Below, one piece after another: positions 28,856 to 38,800 of a stretch of 64,000 nucleotides of DNA (positions are counted from its first letter, which is position 1; each line of letters opens with the position of its first letter). The notes beneath the pieces were generated by a model. The model did not search any database. It saw nothing but the letters and a program-made list of their open reading frames with translations, and was not told the origin of the DNA. The DNA comes from an uncultured Erysipelotrichaceae bacterium (lineage in GTDB: Bacteria > Bacillota_I > Bacilli_A > RFN20 > CAG-826): positions 47,530 through 111,529 of the forward strand of contig CADCPN010000002.1 in NCBI GenBank assembly GCA_902803375.1, read 5' to 3'. The position numbers were made by a program, and so were the translations under genes.

Positions 28856-28890
28856 AAGAGGCGGCGTCCTGTTTCAGGGCGTCGCCTCTT
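28856..28890. promoter_or_regulatory. Intercistronic 14-bp-stem hairpin between oppA and oppB, a candidate mRNA-stability or attenuation element.
   Basis: aagaggcggcgtcc-tgtttca-gggcgtcgcctctt. It is not followed by a T-run on the minus (coding) strand. It sits 36 nt after the oppA stop codon. Confidence 0.45.
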
Positions 28891-28927
28891 GCATTTAGAA
28901 AAAAAACAAGATAACGGAGTTTTTTGA

Positions 28928-31558
28928 TTAGGCCTTGGCCGGGAAACTGACTCTATCAGAAACGTAACCAGAACCAGTGGATTCAGCTCCACCGACGTTC
29001 ATGGTCATGCTGTAATCAATCTCAATGTTCATGCCATCGACAGCGTCGACAATGTCCTTCGGGACCTTGACTTTGATGGTGTCTTCGCCGTCATCAACGA
29101 CGAGGCCATCATCCATAGGCTTGCCGGTGTCATCATCATAGGCGGCAAGGACGTACTTCTGGTCATCGTCATAGACATAGACGTTGGCGATAGAAATTCC
29201 GAGGTTGCCGGCAGCGGCATCAGCAGCGAAGGCTGCAAGAGAGGTCGCAAGGGTGTACTTGATTTCGAAGTTGAAGCTGCCATCGGAGGCAATAGAGCCA
29301 TCGGTAATGGTGTAGTCAACCGGATCAACTTCTTTGCCATCGACTAGCAAGACGCCAGAGTCGGCGGCTTTCCAGAGGGTATCGAAGGACCAAGCATAGC
29401 CATCATAATCGAGATACTCATCGTCAATAACGGAAGTATCCGGGCCCCAGTTGAGGGTGAAGCCAGAAGAGTTGTTGGATTTGAGGACTTCCATGAAGTT
29501 GAGCGGGTTCAAGGTGTTGCCGGAGATGGAGCCGAAGCCCAAGTCGAACTGGCCAACCATGAGGTGCTTGTAGTAGACATCGGACCAAACGGCATCAGCG
29601 GCCTGCTTGACGACTAGCTTAACTTTTCCACCGCAGACGGCTTCGTTGTTGAAGGCTTCGGTGATGTACTTAACGATTTCAACGCCGGACTGCTGGATCT
29701 GCCTCTCATACATCCACTGCATGTTGATGCTGATTTCAGTCGGATTCTCAGTGGTGCCGAGTTTAATATCGCCAGAGGCGACGAGTTCTTCGACAGCGGC
29801 CTTGAAGCACTGGATCGCGATTTCTCTGCTGTAACCATAGGTCTTAGCAACATCATCGCCCCAATAGCTTTCTAGAGCAGCCTTGTGCTCATCGGTCACG
29901 TCATAGGAGATACCATTCTCCGGATCGCTCATATAAGCGGAAGCGAAGTAGTCGACAGACGGGACATAGCCACGGTTCTGGGCATAGGTGAGACGGTCGA
30001 TGGAGAACATCAAGCCATCGAGGAAGTTCTGGTTGGACATCCACGGCTTAACATCCCAATAGTTAGCCTCATCGGTTTGAGCAATGGAACCATTCTTGCC
30101 AAACTTATCAACCCACTGTTCTTTGGTGCAGGAGTTGATGTTGAGCTTGAAGGTAGAATCGCCCGGAACGGAGGTGGTACGTGGGTCGTTTTTGTACTTG
30201 CCAAGGAAGTCTAGCGGGATGCCCGCGGAGTCAAGCTTGCCGGCGAGGAATTCGTTGAAGGCAAGGTTGGAGTCGGTAGAAACGCCCGGAAGGATCGCAG
30301 TGTGGATGCCAGGGATGGAATAGAGGTTGGAATCGGCTTTGGATTCGTACCAGTTCTCATTTCTCTTGAAGGTGATGAGGGAATCTTCCCAGGTCTCTAG
30401 GTAGTACGGGCCAACGGATAGAGAGTTATCAACAGGGGAGAAGCTCATATCCTTGTTGTAACCCTTGAAGTTGGTCGGGTTGGCGCCGTTATCGGTGACA
30501 AGGTTCCAGAACTCCATCGGGAAGGGAGAATATAGGCCGGACGCGAGGTTATACATCGCGTTGAACGGGTTGGTCGGGGTAGCGAGCTCGAAGATGAGGT
30601 AATCACCCTTAGAATCATGGCCAGTGTGAATACCAGAGATATCGGTAGCTTTTCCGTTATAGAAGTCGGCCGCGCCCAAGATAGCGCCGGTGCCAGTCTT
30701 GGCAGCAAGCTCACCGCCACGGTAGTAACCGTTGGCCTTGGTAAGCATGACCTTGAACGGGGTCACATAATCTTCAATGGTGGTATATCTGCCATCGAAG
30801 GCCTTACGGGAGGCATCGGCGGAAGCATTGCGATAGGCAACTCCGCCTTCGGCTCCGGTGCGGACATGGAACTTCCAGGAAGTGGCAAGGGTGTTGGAAT
30901 CATAGCCAGCGACTTCGGTGAAGTTGCCATCAGAGCCCTTAACGACCGGTATCGGACGATCATCGGTGGAGAGGCTTCCCTTCCAGTCATAGCCGTTCTT
31001 GGCGGCATTCATCTTGGTATCCCAATAGCTGCCGGAGATGTTGGCATCGAGGTCGGCGACCTGGGAACCATCGGTGTTGAGGCCGAGGATGCTGTTCGGG
31101 TTGCTCGGCTCATAGTTGTGGAGATAACGCTTGTAGGCGGCGTTGGTCTCGGCATCAAGGTCTTTGGTGATCTTGCCATCGCGGAGGATGGAGAAGCCAT
31201 AGCCGGTGATGTAGTTCTCAGTGCCTTTGGTGATACGGTCGTTATACATGACGTAACCGCCGTTCTCATATAGAGGAAGACCGGTTAGGTAGTTGTTAAC
31301 GGCATAGGATTCGAGTTTGCCGAGGATCTTAGTCTTCTCTGCATAGGACTCGCCTACGTAGGAAGCAAGGCCGGACTTCGGCTCGAGTTTGTCATCCGAG
31401 GATTCAGCTGGGGAGCTGGTCGGGGTGACACTGGAAGTGCCAGGCTCAGAGGAGGCAGCACTGGACCCAGGTTTTTTCTGCGGAGCACCGCAAGCAGCCA
31501 ACGTGACTCCGGCGAGTAAGGCAGAAACCCCAAGGGCGAATAACTTATTAGATTTCAT
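28928..31558 (-). CDS. oppA: Oligopeptide-binding lipoprotein OppA (family 5 SBP), unusually large.
   Basis: Lipoprotein signal MKSNKLFALGVSALLAGVTLAACG followed by a Ser/Pro/Glu-rich linker. It is the first gene of the opp operon. Length 876 aa. Confidence 0.7.
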   Translation of the reverse strand: MKSNKLFALGVSALLAGVTLAACGAPQKKPGSSAASSEPGTSSVTPTSSPAESSDDKLEPKSGLASYVGESYAEKTKILGKLESYAVNNYLTGLPLYENGGYVMYNDRITKGTENYITGYGFSILRDGKITKDLDAETNAAYKRYLHNYEPSNPNSILGLNTDGSQVADLDANISGSYWDTKMNAAKNGYDWKGSLSTDDRPIPVVKGSDGNFTEVAGYDSNTLATSWKFHVRTGAEGGVAYRNASADASRKAFDGRYTTIEDYVTPFKVMLTKANGYYRGGELAAKTGTGAILGAADFYNGKATDISGIHTGHDSKGDYLIFELATPTNPFNAMYNLASGLYSPFPMEFWNLVTDNGANPTNFKGYNKDMSFSPVDNSLSVGPYYLETWEDSLITFKRNENWYESKADSNLYSIPGIHTAILPGVSTDSNLAFNEFLAGKLDSAGIPLDFLGKYKNDPRTTSVPGDSTFKLNINSCTKEQWVDKFGKNGSIAQTDEANYWDVKPWMSNQNFLDGLMFSIDRLTYAQNRGYVPSVDYFASAYMSDPENGISYDVTDEHKAALESYWGDDVAKTYGYSREIAIQCFKAAVEELVASGDIKLGTTENPTEISINMQWMYERQIQQSGVEIVKYITEAFNNEAVCGGKVKLVVKQAADAVWSDVYYKHLMVGQFDLGFGSISGNTLNPLNFMEVLKSNNSSGFTLNWGPDTSVIDDEYLDYDGYAWSFDTLWKAADSGVLLVDGKEVDPVDYTITDGSIASDGSFNFEIKYTLATSLAAFAADAAAGNLGISIANVYVYDDDQKYVLAAYDDDTGKPMDDGLVVDDGEDTIKVKVPKDIVDAVDGMNIEIDYSMTMNVGGAESTGSGYVSDRVSFPAKA

Positions 31559-31587
31559 AGTGAATTTCTCCTTCGTCTAATGTCCAG

Positions 31588-31615
31588 AATTTATTGCCCG
31601 TACAATTATTGTCAA
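31588..31615 (-). promoter_or_regulatory. Candidate sigma-70 promoter for the opp operon.
   Basis: On the minus strand: TTGACA, a 16-nt spacer, TAAATT, and then GGAG 8 nt before the oppA ATG. Confidence 0.35.
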
Positions 31616-31721
31616 CGCAGTTTTGAAAACTTTTTTTCCGATTTTTAGCGCTTTCACGCTAGGTATAAAATCGCATTTTCGTTCACTCAAAAAAAATAGT
31701 TCACAAAATGAACAATCCGTT

Positions 31722-31774
31722 ATTTATATATAAAAAGGTGACCAGTTGACGCCAGGAAACGGGTCATGGTCACC
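31722..31774 (-). terminator. Rho-independent terminator after the small membrane protein gene.
   Basis: GGTGACCA...TGGTCACC 8-bp stem. On the minus strand it is followed by TTTTTTATATATAAAT. Confidence 0.45.
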
Positions 31775-31827
31775 ATGAGAAACAAGTCAACGATAAACTC
31801 GGTAACTCGATAATACTGTAAGCGCTT

Positions 31828-32247
31828 TCAGAATTGATATCCGAAGACGGTGAAGCAAAGAATTGCGTCTATAACGAAGGCTAAGAACATCGTTAAGCCC
31901 AGGGAAAGGAACGGCCAAAGGTATGGAAGGCCATGCTGTCTGGCTTCCTTTTTGGCTTCCACATACCCCACGTAATCGCCATACTTCTCATCACGGGCAT
32001 TCGGGACCATATGGATGAAGACGCTCCTAAGGCCATAGGAGACGAAATCAAACGCGCCGAAATGGCCAAGGAACATCAACGCGGCAAAGGCCAGCAAGAC
32101 GACAGAGGGAATCAAGAAAGCATCCTGGAGGCCCATTGGGCTATAGTTCTGCTTTAGGAAGAAGACCAAGCTGAATAAGCCGCCAGCCAAAAAGACGGCG
32201 GCGATCCACAATGCGATTTTTGCTTTTGTTTTCTTATCCATAAGCAC
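31828..32247 (-). CDS. Small integral membrane protein (4 TM), hypothetical.
   Basis: 139-aa hydrophobic ORF with a basic N-terminus MLMDKKTKAK. Confidence 0.4.
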   Translation of the reverse strand: MLMDKKTKAKIALWIAAVFLAGGLFSLVFFLKQNYSPMGLQDAFLIPSVVLLAFAALMFLGHFGAFDFVSYGLRSVFIHMVPNARDEKYGDYVGYVEAKKEARQHGLPYLWPFLSLGLTMFLAFVIDAILCFTVFGYQF

Positions 32248-32306
32248 TCTCCAAAAATAGCTGTGAGGAAAATCTTAACTGCTAAAAAGGGAATTGGAAG
32301 ACTGCG

Positions 32307-33650
32307 TTATTTCCTTTTCGCCTTGGTTTCCTCTTCGCGATGAGTTCTCTTCCACTCTTTTATGGCTTCAAGCCTTGGTCCGTATTTCGATTCTAGACCT
32401 TGGGTGGTCGGCTGATAGTAAACCGTGCCCTCTAAGTCATCTGGCAGGCAGACCAAAGTGGTAAGCTTGGCCGGATTGTCATGGGCATATTGATAGTTTT
32501 CCCCATAGCCGAGATCTTTCATCAGGCGAGTCGGAGCATTTCTAATCTGCAAAGGGACGGGCTCTGCCATTCTCTCATTCGCGTCCTTCTTCGCCATTTC
32601 ATAAGCGACGTAGCAGGCATTGCTCTTAGGAGCCATCGCCATATAGATAACCGCTTCAGAGAGGGCGGACGTGCATTCAGGCATGCCGATAAGATGGCAG
32701 GCATCCGCGGTCGCCATGGCGACGCGAAGCGCCGCTGGATCGGCTAATCCGATATCTTCGCTGGCGAACCTGACGACGCGTCTAGCGATGTACATAGGAT
32801 CTTCACCGCCTTCTAGCATTCTCGCTAACCAATATACGGAAGCGTCGGGATCGCTGTTTCTCATCGATTTATGAAGGGCGGAGATGATGTTGTAATGTTC
32901 ATCGCCCTTCTTGTCGTAAAGGAGGGTCTTCTTTGACGTCACTTGTTCCAATAACTCCTTGGTGACGTTCACCTCCCCATTTACGGAATCGCTATTAAGG
33001 ATGACCATCTCCAAGACGCTTAGGGCGGCTCTGGCGTCGCCGTTGGCAAAATTTGCGATAAAGGCCAATTCCTTATCCCCAATATTCACCTTCATATTGC
33101 CGAAGCCCTTAGGGGATGAAATCGCACGGCGTTGAACCTCCACCAAATCCTCGGTAGTCAATGGCTGCAGCACGAAAACGCGGCAGCGGGAAAGCAACGC
33201 GCCATTAACCTCGAAAGATGGGTTTTCGGTGGTGGCCCCGATAAGGATGATGGAACCTTTCTCCACATACGGCAAAAAGGCATCTTGCTGCGCTTTGTTG
33301 AAGCGATGGATTTCATCCACGAAGAGAATGGTTTTCTCCCCAAGCATGCGTGCATGCTCCGCCTCTTCCATAACGGCTTTGATTTCTTTGATCCCGGAGG
33401 TAACCGCGGAGAAATTCACGAAGTGGCTCTTCGTAGAAGATGCGATGATGCTCGCAAGCGTGGTTTTGCCAACTCCCGGCGGGCCCCAGAAGATCATTGA
33501 GGAGACGGCGTCGTTCTCAATCATCTTTCTCAAGGCGCGTCCTTCGCCAATCAGGTGTTTCTGCCCAATGAACTCATCAAGGCTCTTTGGGCGCAACCTC
33601 TCGGCAAGGGGTTGGTTTTCCTTTATCTCAAATAGGGAGGTCTGTTCCAT
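32307..33650 (-). CDS. rarA: Replication-associated recombination protein A (AAA+ ATPase RarA/MgsA).
   Basis: Walker A FWGPPGVGKTTLA. Walker B ILFVDEIHRFNK. A C-terminal MgsA helical domain is present. Length 447 aa. Confidence 0.85.
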   Translation of the reverse strand: MEQTSLFEIKENQPLAERLRPKSLDEFIGQKHLIGEGRALRKMIENDAVSSMIFWGPPGVGKTTLASIIASSTKSHFVNFSAVTSGIKEIKAVMEEAEHARMLGEKTILFVDEIHRFNKAQQDAFLPYVEKGSIILIGATTENPSFEVNGALLSRCRVFVLQPLTTEDLVEVQRRAISSPKGFGNMKVNIGDKELAFIANFANGDARAALSVLEMVILNSDSVNGEVNVTKELLEQVTSKKTLLYDKKGDEHYNIISALHKSMRNSDPDASVYWLARMLEGGEDPMYIARRVVRFASEDIGLADPAALRVAMATADACHLIGMPECTSALSEAVIYMAMAPKSNACYVAYEMAKKDANERMAEPVPLQIRNAPTRLMKDLGYGENYQYAHDNPAKLTTLVCLPDDLEGTVYYQPTTQGLESKYGPRLEAIKEWKRTHREEETKAKRK

Positions 33651-33687
33651 GTCTACATTATATATGCATAAAGAAAGAACGCCCTAA

Positions 33688-33722
33688 GCAGGCGCTTAGA
33701 GGCGTTCCATTCTCTTTGGTTT
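33688..33722 (-). terminator. Terminator hairpin downstream of the DUF1508-repeat gene.
   Basis: gaacgcc-ctaagcaggcgcttag-aggcgttc. On the minus strand it is followed by tttctttatg. Confidence 0.35.
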
Positions 33723-33729
33723 GTCTCGC

Positions 33730-35334
33730 TTATTCGGCAGCTTTGGTGGTGTCGATGAGCTTGGCGTCTCCGATGAAGTTGCGAACAGAGGTGGCGGCAG
33801 AGATGGCGGAATCCTTAGACGGATAGGTTTCGCCCATGATCATGACGGCTCCGTTGTCGGAGAAGACCTTGAACTGATAGCGGTTCTGCTTATCTCTGGA
33901 GATGGTCATAGAGCCGGCAAGGACTTTGGCCTTGACCTTCTCGATGGCGCTGAGAACAGCGTTCTTGGAGGAATAGGTGGAGGTGACGAACAAGACAGCG
34001 CCGTTGGAGGCGATGAGCTGACCGATCCACTTCTTGGTCTCTTCATCGATAGAGACTTCGACTTTGCCGTTCTTGGTCGGGGTGACCGGGGCGAAGTCGA
34101 TGGTCCATTCGCGGACTTCTTCTTCCGGGATCTCGTCGAGGTCGACGATCTTCTTGGCATCATAGAAACGCTCAACGGAATTCAAAGCGTTCTGGGCGTT
34201 GACGGCGGTCGGATAGATTTCGCCGGCGACGACTAGGCGGGAATCGTTGGCCGTGAAGATACGGAACTGGCTGTAGCCGTTCTTATCGGTGATGATCTTG
34301 GTGGTTCCGCCCGGGACGTTCTTCTTTAGGGTGGCGATTCCAGCCTTGGCGCCCTCGCGGGTCTTATAGCCATTGGAGACGATGAGGATTTCACCGTTGT
34401 TGGCTTTTAGGCGATATTTGAAGAATCCAGCTTCCGGGAAGACTTCGTATTTGCCGACGACTTTGGACTCTTTGGCTTTGGCTTTCGGGGCAGCGGCGAC
34501 AGCTGGCTCTTCCTCGACAGGGGCAGACTCTTCAGCGGTTTCCGGGGCAGACTCTTCGGCGACGGGCTCTTCGGACTTTTCGTCGGCAACGGATTCTTCA
34601 GCCTTGCCTTCGGCCGGCTTCTCCTCTGGCGCTTCTTCCTTCGTTTCGGGCTCGATAGCCTTAGCAGCGGATTTCTTGGCTTTGGCTTTCTTGGCGGGTA
34701 GAGCCTTCATTTCTTCCTCAACAGGGGCAGCCTCTTCGGCGACAGGTTCTTCCTGCTTCGGTTCTTCCTTGACCGGCTCTTCGGGCTTTTCTTCCTTAGC
34801 AGGTTCTATAGCGACAACGGCTTCTTCCTGCTTCGGTTCTTCCTTGGTTTCTATAGCGACAGGTTCTTCGACTTTCTCTCCGGTGGCCGGTTCCTCGGCG
34901 ACGATAGTAGCTTCCTTCTTACCGGAAAGGCCAAAGACGATAGAAAGAATCATGGCGATTAGGCCAAGTAGACCTGCAACGCCAGCAAGGATGGCGTGAA
35001 CCTCTGATAGGCTGGCCTTAATGTCTCTGACCGGGGTCAAAGCCATAAGTCCACCGACGATGCCGATCAAGGCAAGGAATGCCGGAAGGACAAAGGCCGG
35101 CTTCTTCTTGGCGAGGACCAAAACGAGGGCCACGACGAAGAGAAGGGCTCCGCAGACGCAGCCAACGCTGAGCGTGAGGGCAAATTTTCCCTCACCCTGG
35201 AAAGCGAGTCTGGCGATGTTCTCGCCAGCAAAGGTGACGTTGAAGCCAACTAAGGCGAGTGCCACGACTGCAAGTGCGGCAGCCACGGCCGCGATTGCAG
35301 TCGTGCAGATGAATTTTCCTTTCGTGTTTTTCAT
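33730..35334 (-). CDS. Membrane-anchored protein with an N-terminal TM bundle, an acidic Pro/Glu/Lys/Ala-rich linker and four tandem DUF1508 (YegP/UPF0339) repeats.
   Basis: Four repeats: FKYRLKANNGEILIVSNGYKTREGAKAGIATLK; FRIFTANDSRLVVAGEIYPTAVNAQNALNSVERF; WIGQLIASNGAVLFVTSTYSSKNAVLSAIEKVK; YQFKVFSDNGAVMIMGETYPSKDSAISAATSVRNF. The start is set at MKNTKGK (35334), upstream of 3-4 TM helices. Confidence 0.55.
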   Translation of the reverse strand: MKNTKGKFICTTAIAAVAAALAVVALALVGFNVTFAGENIARLAFQGEGKFALTLSVGCVCGALLFVVALVLVLAKKKPAFVLPAFLALIGIVGGLMALTPVRDIKASLSEVHAILAGVAGLLGLIAMILSIVFGLSGKKEATIVAEEPATGEKVEEPVAIETKEEPKQEEAVVAIEPAKEEKPEEPVKEEPKQEEPVAEEAAPVEEEMKALPAKKAKAKKSAAKAIEPETKEEAPEEKPAEGKAEESVADEKSEEPVAEESAPETAEESAPVEEEPAVAAAPKAKAKESKVVGKYEVFPEAGFFKYRLKANNGEILIVSNGYKTREGAKAGIATLKKNVPGGTTKIITDKNGYSQFRIFTANDSRLVVAGEIYPTAVNAQNALNSVERFYDAKKIVDLDEIPEEEVREWTIDFAPVTPTKNGKVEVSIDEETKKWIGQLIASNGAVLFVTSTYSSKNAVLSAIEKVKAKVLAGSMTISRDKQNRYQFKVFSDNGAVMIMGETYPSKDSAISAATSVRNFIGDAKLIDTTKAAE

Positions 35335-35846
35335 AAAATTTCTCCCTTTTATGTTTTTTGGAAAACAACAGTCTATATTGTCCTCATTTTTTGGGTTTCT
35401 TACAAGAAGCAGGAATTTTTTACTCTTTCTCACATATAAAAGAGGTGATAGGTGCATCGATTTTTGTGTGAAAGCATTTTTTCCTGCCGGGAAAGTGAGT
35501 GGTTTTTGTATAGATACGCGTCTGTTTGAGCAACGACCACGTTCGCCATGAATGGGAAGAAAAAAGCACAGCGAATCTCTCCGCCATGCTTGATTTCGGC
35601 TTTAGCCAGAAGGGGTGATATGATTCCTCTTAGTCAAGAGGTGGGCGTCCATGGTCAGCCATCAGGATTCCCAAGCGGTTAGGTTGGGCATTCAACACCG
35701 GCGTCTCCAGTCAGGACTCCCTAGATATCAAAATGTAGGGGAACAATGTTCCTTCTGGCCCACTAGAATTGCTTCTAGCAAGACCATTATATATCCCGAA
35801 CTTCTCCAATAGGGAAGGGGGAAGGCTAAGATGAAACAAATGCTTA

Positions 35847-38800
35847 TTATTTGGACTTCTTAGAGTTGGATTTTGTAGCAGGAATCTTAGCTTTTTGCTC
35901 TTTTTCCCTAGCAATTTCCTCTTTCTCTTTTTCTGCCAAAGAGGCCTTCATTTTAGCGATGCGCTCTTCTGTTTTGCGCTTTTTCTCCTCTTCCGCTAAT
36001 TTTTTGCTTTCCTCTACTTTCTTGGCCTCTTTCTTTGCCTTCGCCTTCTTGGCGATGGAGACAATGAGCCAGACAAGGAGAACGAGAACGGCGCCACTAG
36101 CGGCTGCCAGGGTTAGCCATGCCCAAGTCGGAAGAATTTCCTTCTTGGCCATTTCGTAGCTGAAGCGTTCGCCGGTGGAATAGGTGAAGAGATAGCGGCC
36201 AGAATCATACTTGGAGTCGATCTTGGCGAGCTTAGCGCCGCTTCCTTTATAAAGAGTGGCGCCTTCTTCCATCTCGAGCTTCACGTTAACGTCTTTGACG
36301 CTAATCTCCTTGCCGTCGCAATAGAAGCGGAGGATATAGCCATCATAGGTTTCTTCCAAGATGACGGAGGTGCCTTTCTTGAAGAGGCCGGTGACGATGA
36401 CTTTGGAATCGGAAGTGAAGAGGCTGGTGGAAACCTCTTCGTAGCGGGCATAAACCTTCATGGAACTATCCACATCGCTAGGGAGATCCCAAGATGCGAA
36501 GTAGGAGGCCTTGTCGCCAGAGTAAATCATGTAGCCATCTTTTTCAGAGGCATAGAGGAAAGCCGGGGCTTCCTTGATTTTTTCGCCTGCGAATAAGCGG
36601 ACATAGGAGTTAAGGGAATAGGCATCCTTATTGAGGGAGCCGTCTTCCTTATAAAGATCGCCATTCTCCTCGCGGAATTCCATGAAGGAGACAAGATATG
36701 CGATTCGAGAGTTCTTCTTCGCGACCTCGCTCATCTTGTCCTTATGGGCGTCGAAGAGGGATTTGAAGGAGGATTCGTCGCCATAGGCGTCGTTATCCTT
36801 AACCTCTTCGAAGCAGCGGAGTTCTGGATAGGCTTTGCTATCTTCTCCTGCCTGATAGGCTTCGGCGTCGAAGTGGAGACTTAGATTCGGGGAAAGAGAA
36901 CCGTTGGAAGCAAGGGCTTCAGGAGCGAGGGCCTTGGCTGCGTCATCGTAGGAGGAATCATATTCCGCTTTATCGATGCCGCCTAAGGAACCGACGTAAT
37001 AGTTCCACTTGATGGAGGTGGAGAAAGAGTTGGTAGCGGAGACGAAGGTGGTAGCCTCGCCTAGGAGCGCGCCTTTATGCGCGGAGGCATCCTCATTGAG
37101 AATCTCAACGTTGCTGATGCAGGAGGTCATGTCGCCAGAGAGGGTGCCGGCGATGCCGCCGACATAATCTTCGCCGGAAACTTCGGCGGAGGAATAGGAA
37201 GAGGCGACGTTTAGCGCGACGCCGGCGATGCCGCCGACGTGCTTTTTGCCTTCGACTAGGCTAGAGGCAAGGCATTCTTTGATGCTGCCTTTGGCCATGG
37301 AGCCGGCGATGCCGCCGACGTTCTCGCCGACGCTGCCTTTAACGTGACCGTTGTTGAGGGAATGGGTAAGGGAAAGATCGGCAGAGCTATTGAAGCCGAT
37401 GATGCCGCCGACGTTGCTCTTGCCGAGGACTTCGCCATAGTTTGCGGAATAATCCACAACGGCTTTGGCACCGTCGTATTGCTCATCAAGCTCTTCTTCG
37501 TTTGGGAAATATTCCTTCATGAAGCCTTCATAGCCCATGGCGTTGAAATACTTCTCTAGATCGGCGTTATTCTGCTCAACTTTGCCATAGTAGCCGGAGA
37601 TGCCGCCGACATAGCGGTCTGCGGTGACGGAGGCATCGTTGGTCGCGAAATAGATCTCGCCGTTGCTGACGCCGGCGATGCCGCCGACGTAGATCGCGGA
37701 GTTAGATGAAGACACACTGGCCTTATTTTCAACATCGGAGATCTTGCCAGCGCTATATCCGGCGATACCGCCGAGGTTGACGAGGGTGATGTTCTGGTTG
37801 CTGGATTGGCCGAGCAGGGTACCTTCATTTTTGCTGGAGGTGATCTCGCCTAGGTTTAAGCCAGCGATGCCGCCGACGTCGTTGGCGCCGGAGGTAACCG
37901 CAGTAGAGGTAATCTTGGCAAGCTTGCCATAGCGGAACTGCTTGGTGCTGTCAGAAGTCTCATTGTCCTTATATTCGCTGCGGCCGTTCTCTGCGGCAAA
38001 GCCGACGTAACGTCTGCCTTTTAGGAGGCCGGAGATGGAACAGGAATAGACTTCGCCATAGTTATGGCCAATGACGCCGACATAGTCGTTATCAAGGCAA
38101 TCGAAGTGAGCGTTCTCGATGTTCAGCCTTTCAACGCAGCCATCTTTGGCAAGGGTATTGAAGATGTTATAGGAGGAGGAATTCTTGTCGAAATAGACGT
38201 TGCGGAAAGAATGGAATCCGGCATCAAGGGTGCCCTGGAAATAGGAAATCGGGGTAAGGGAGGTGCTGGAGAAATCGATGTCATTAGTAAGGCGGACGAT
38301 CTTTTTCTGGCTATAGGAGGCGGAGGCGTTGCACTTATCCGCGAATTCATTCCAGCCCTTCGCCGTTGAGATGAGAACCTCTTCGGTGTCTTTCTCCGGG
38401 TCGACTTTCGAGAACTTGTAGTGGCGGCCTAGGCCATAGACGTGTTCCTCGGAAAAGAGGAGAGTGTAGTCACCCGCATCCTCGATTTCGATGTGCTTGG
38501 TGCCGTTTTTGTATTTGTTCTCACCATCGGTGATGTAGAAAGACATGCCGCCCCGCGGGACGACGAGGTCATAACGATATTGCTTGTAGTCCTCTTCGTA
38601 ATACTCCTGAGATTCGGTGATTTCCTTCATCTCGTATTTGTCGTCGAGAAGGATGTCGCCGTTGTCGCCATAAAGATATCCGTTGAGGTCAGAGGCGATG
38701 TAGAAGCCATTATAGGAGGCGGTCTCTTCCTTATAGGTCACCGCGACGTTGTTATCTACGTCAGTGAAGGAGAACGTGTACCAGCCGCGGTCGGCGATGG

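Noticed and set aside
33132-33826. Plus-strand ORFs 33132..33500, 33229..33687 and 33587..33826 over rarA and its upstream region.
   Set aside because: Antisense to the well-supported rarA CDS. 33587..33826 spans the rarA start and terminator hairpin and has no RBS or motif.
35458-35846. RNase P RNA or tmRNA in the 390-bp spacer.
   Set aside because: No universally conserved P4 element (GGAAAGTCC / ACAGAA-CCGGCTTA). No tmRNA 5' GGGG...TTCGACG end, tag reading frame or 3' T-arm/CCA. Only a short taggggaac resemblance.
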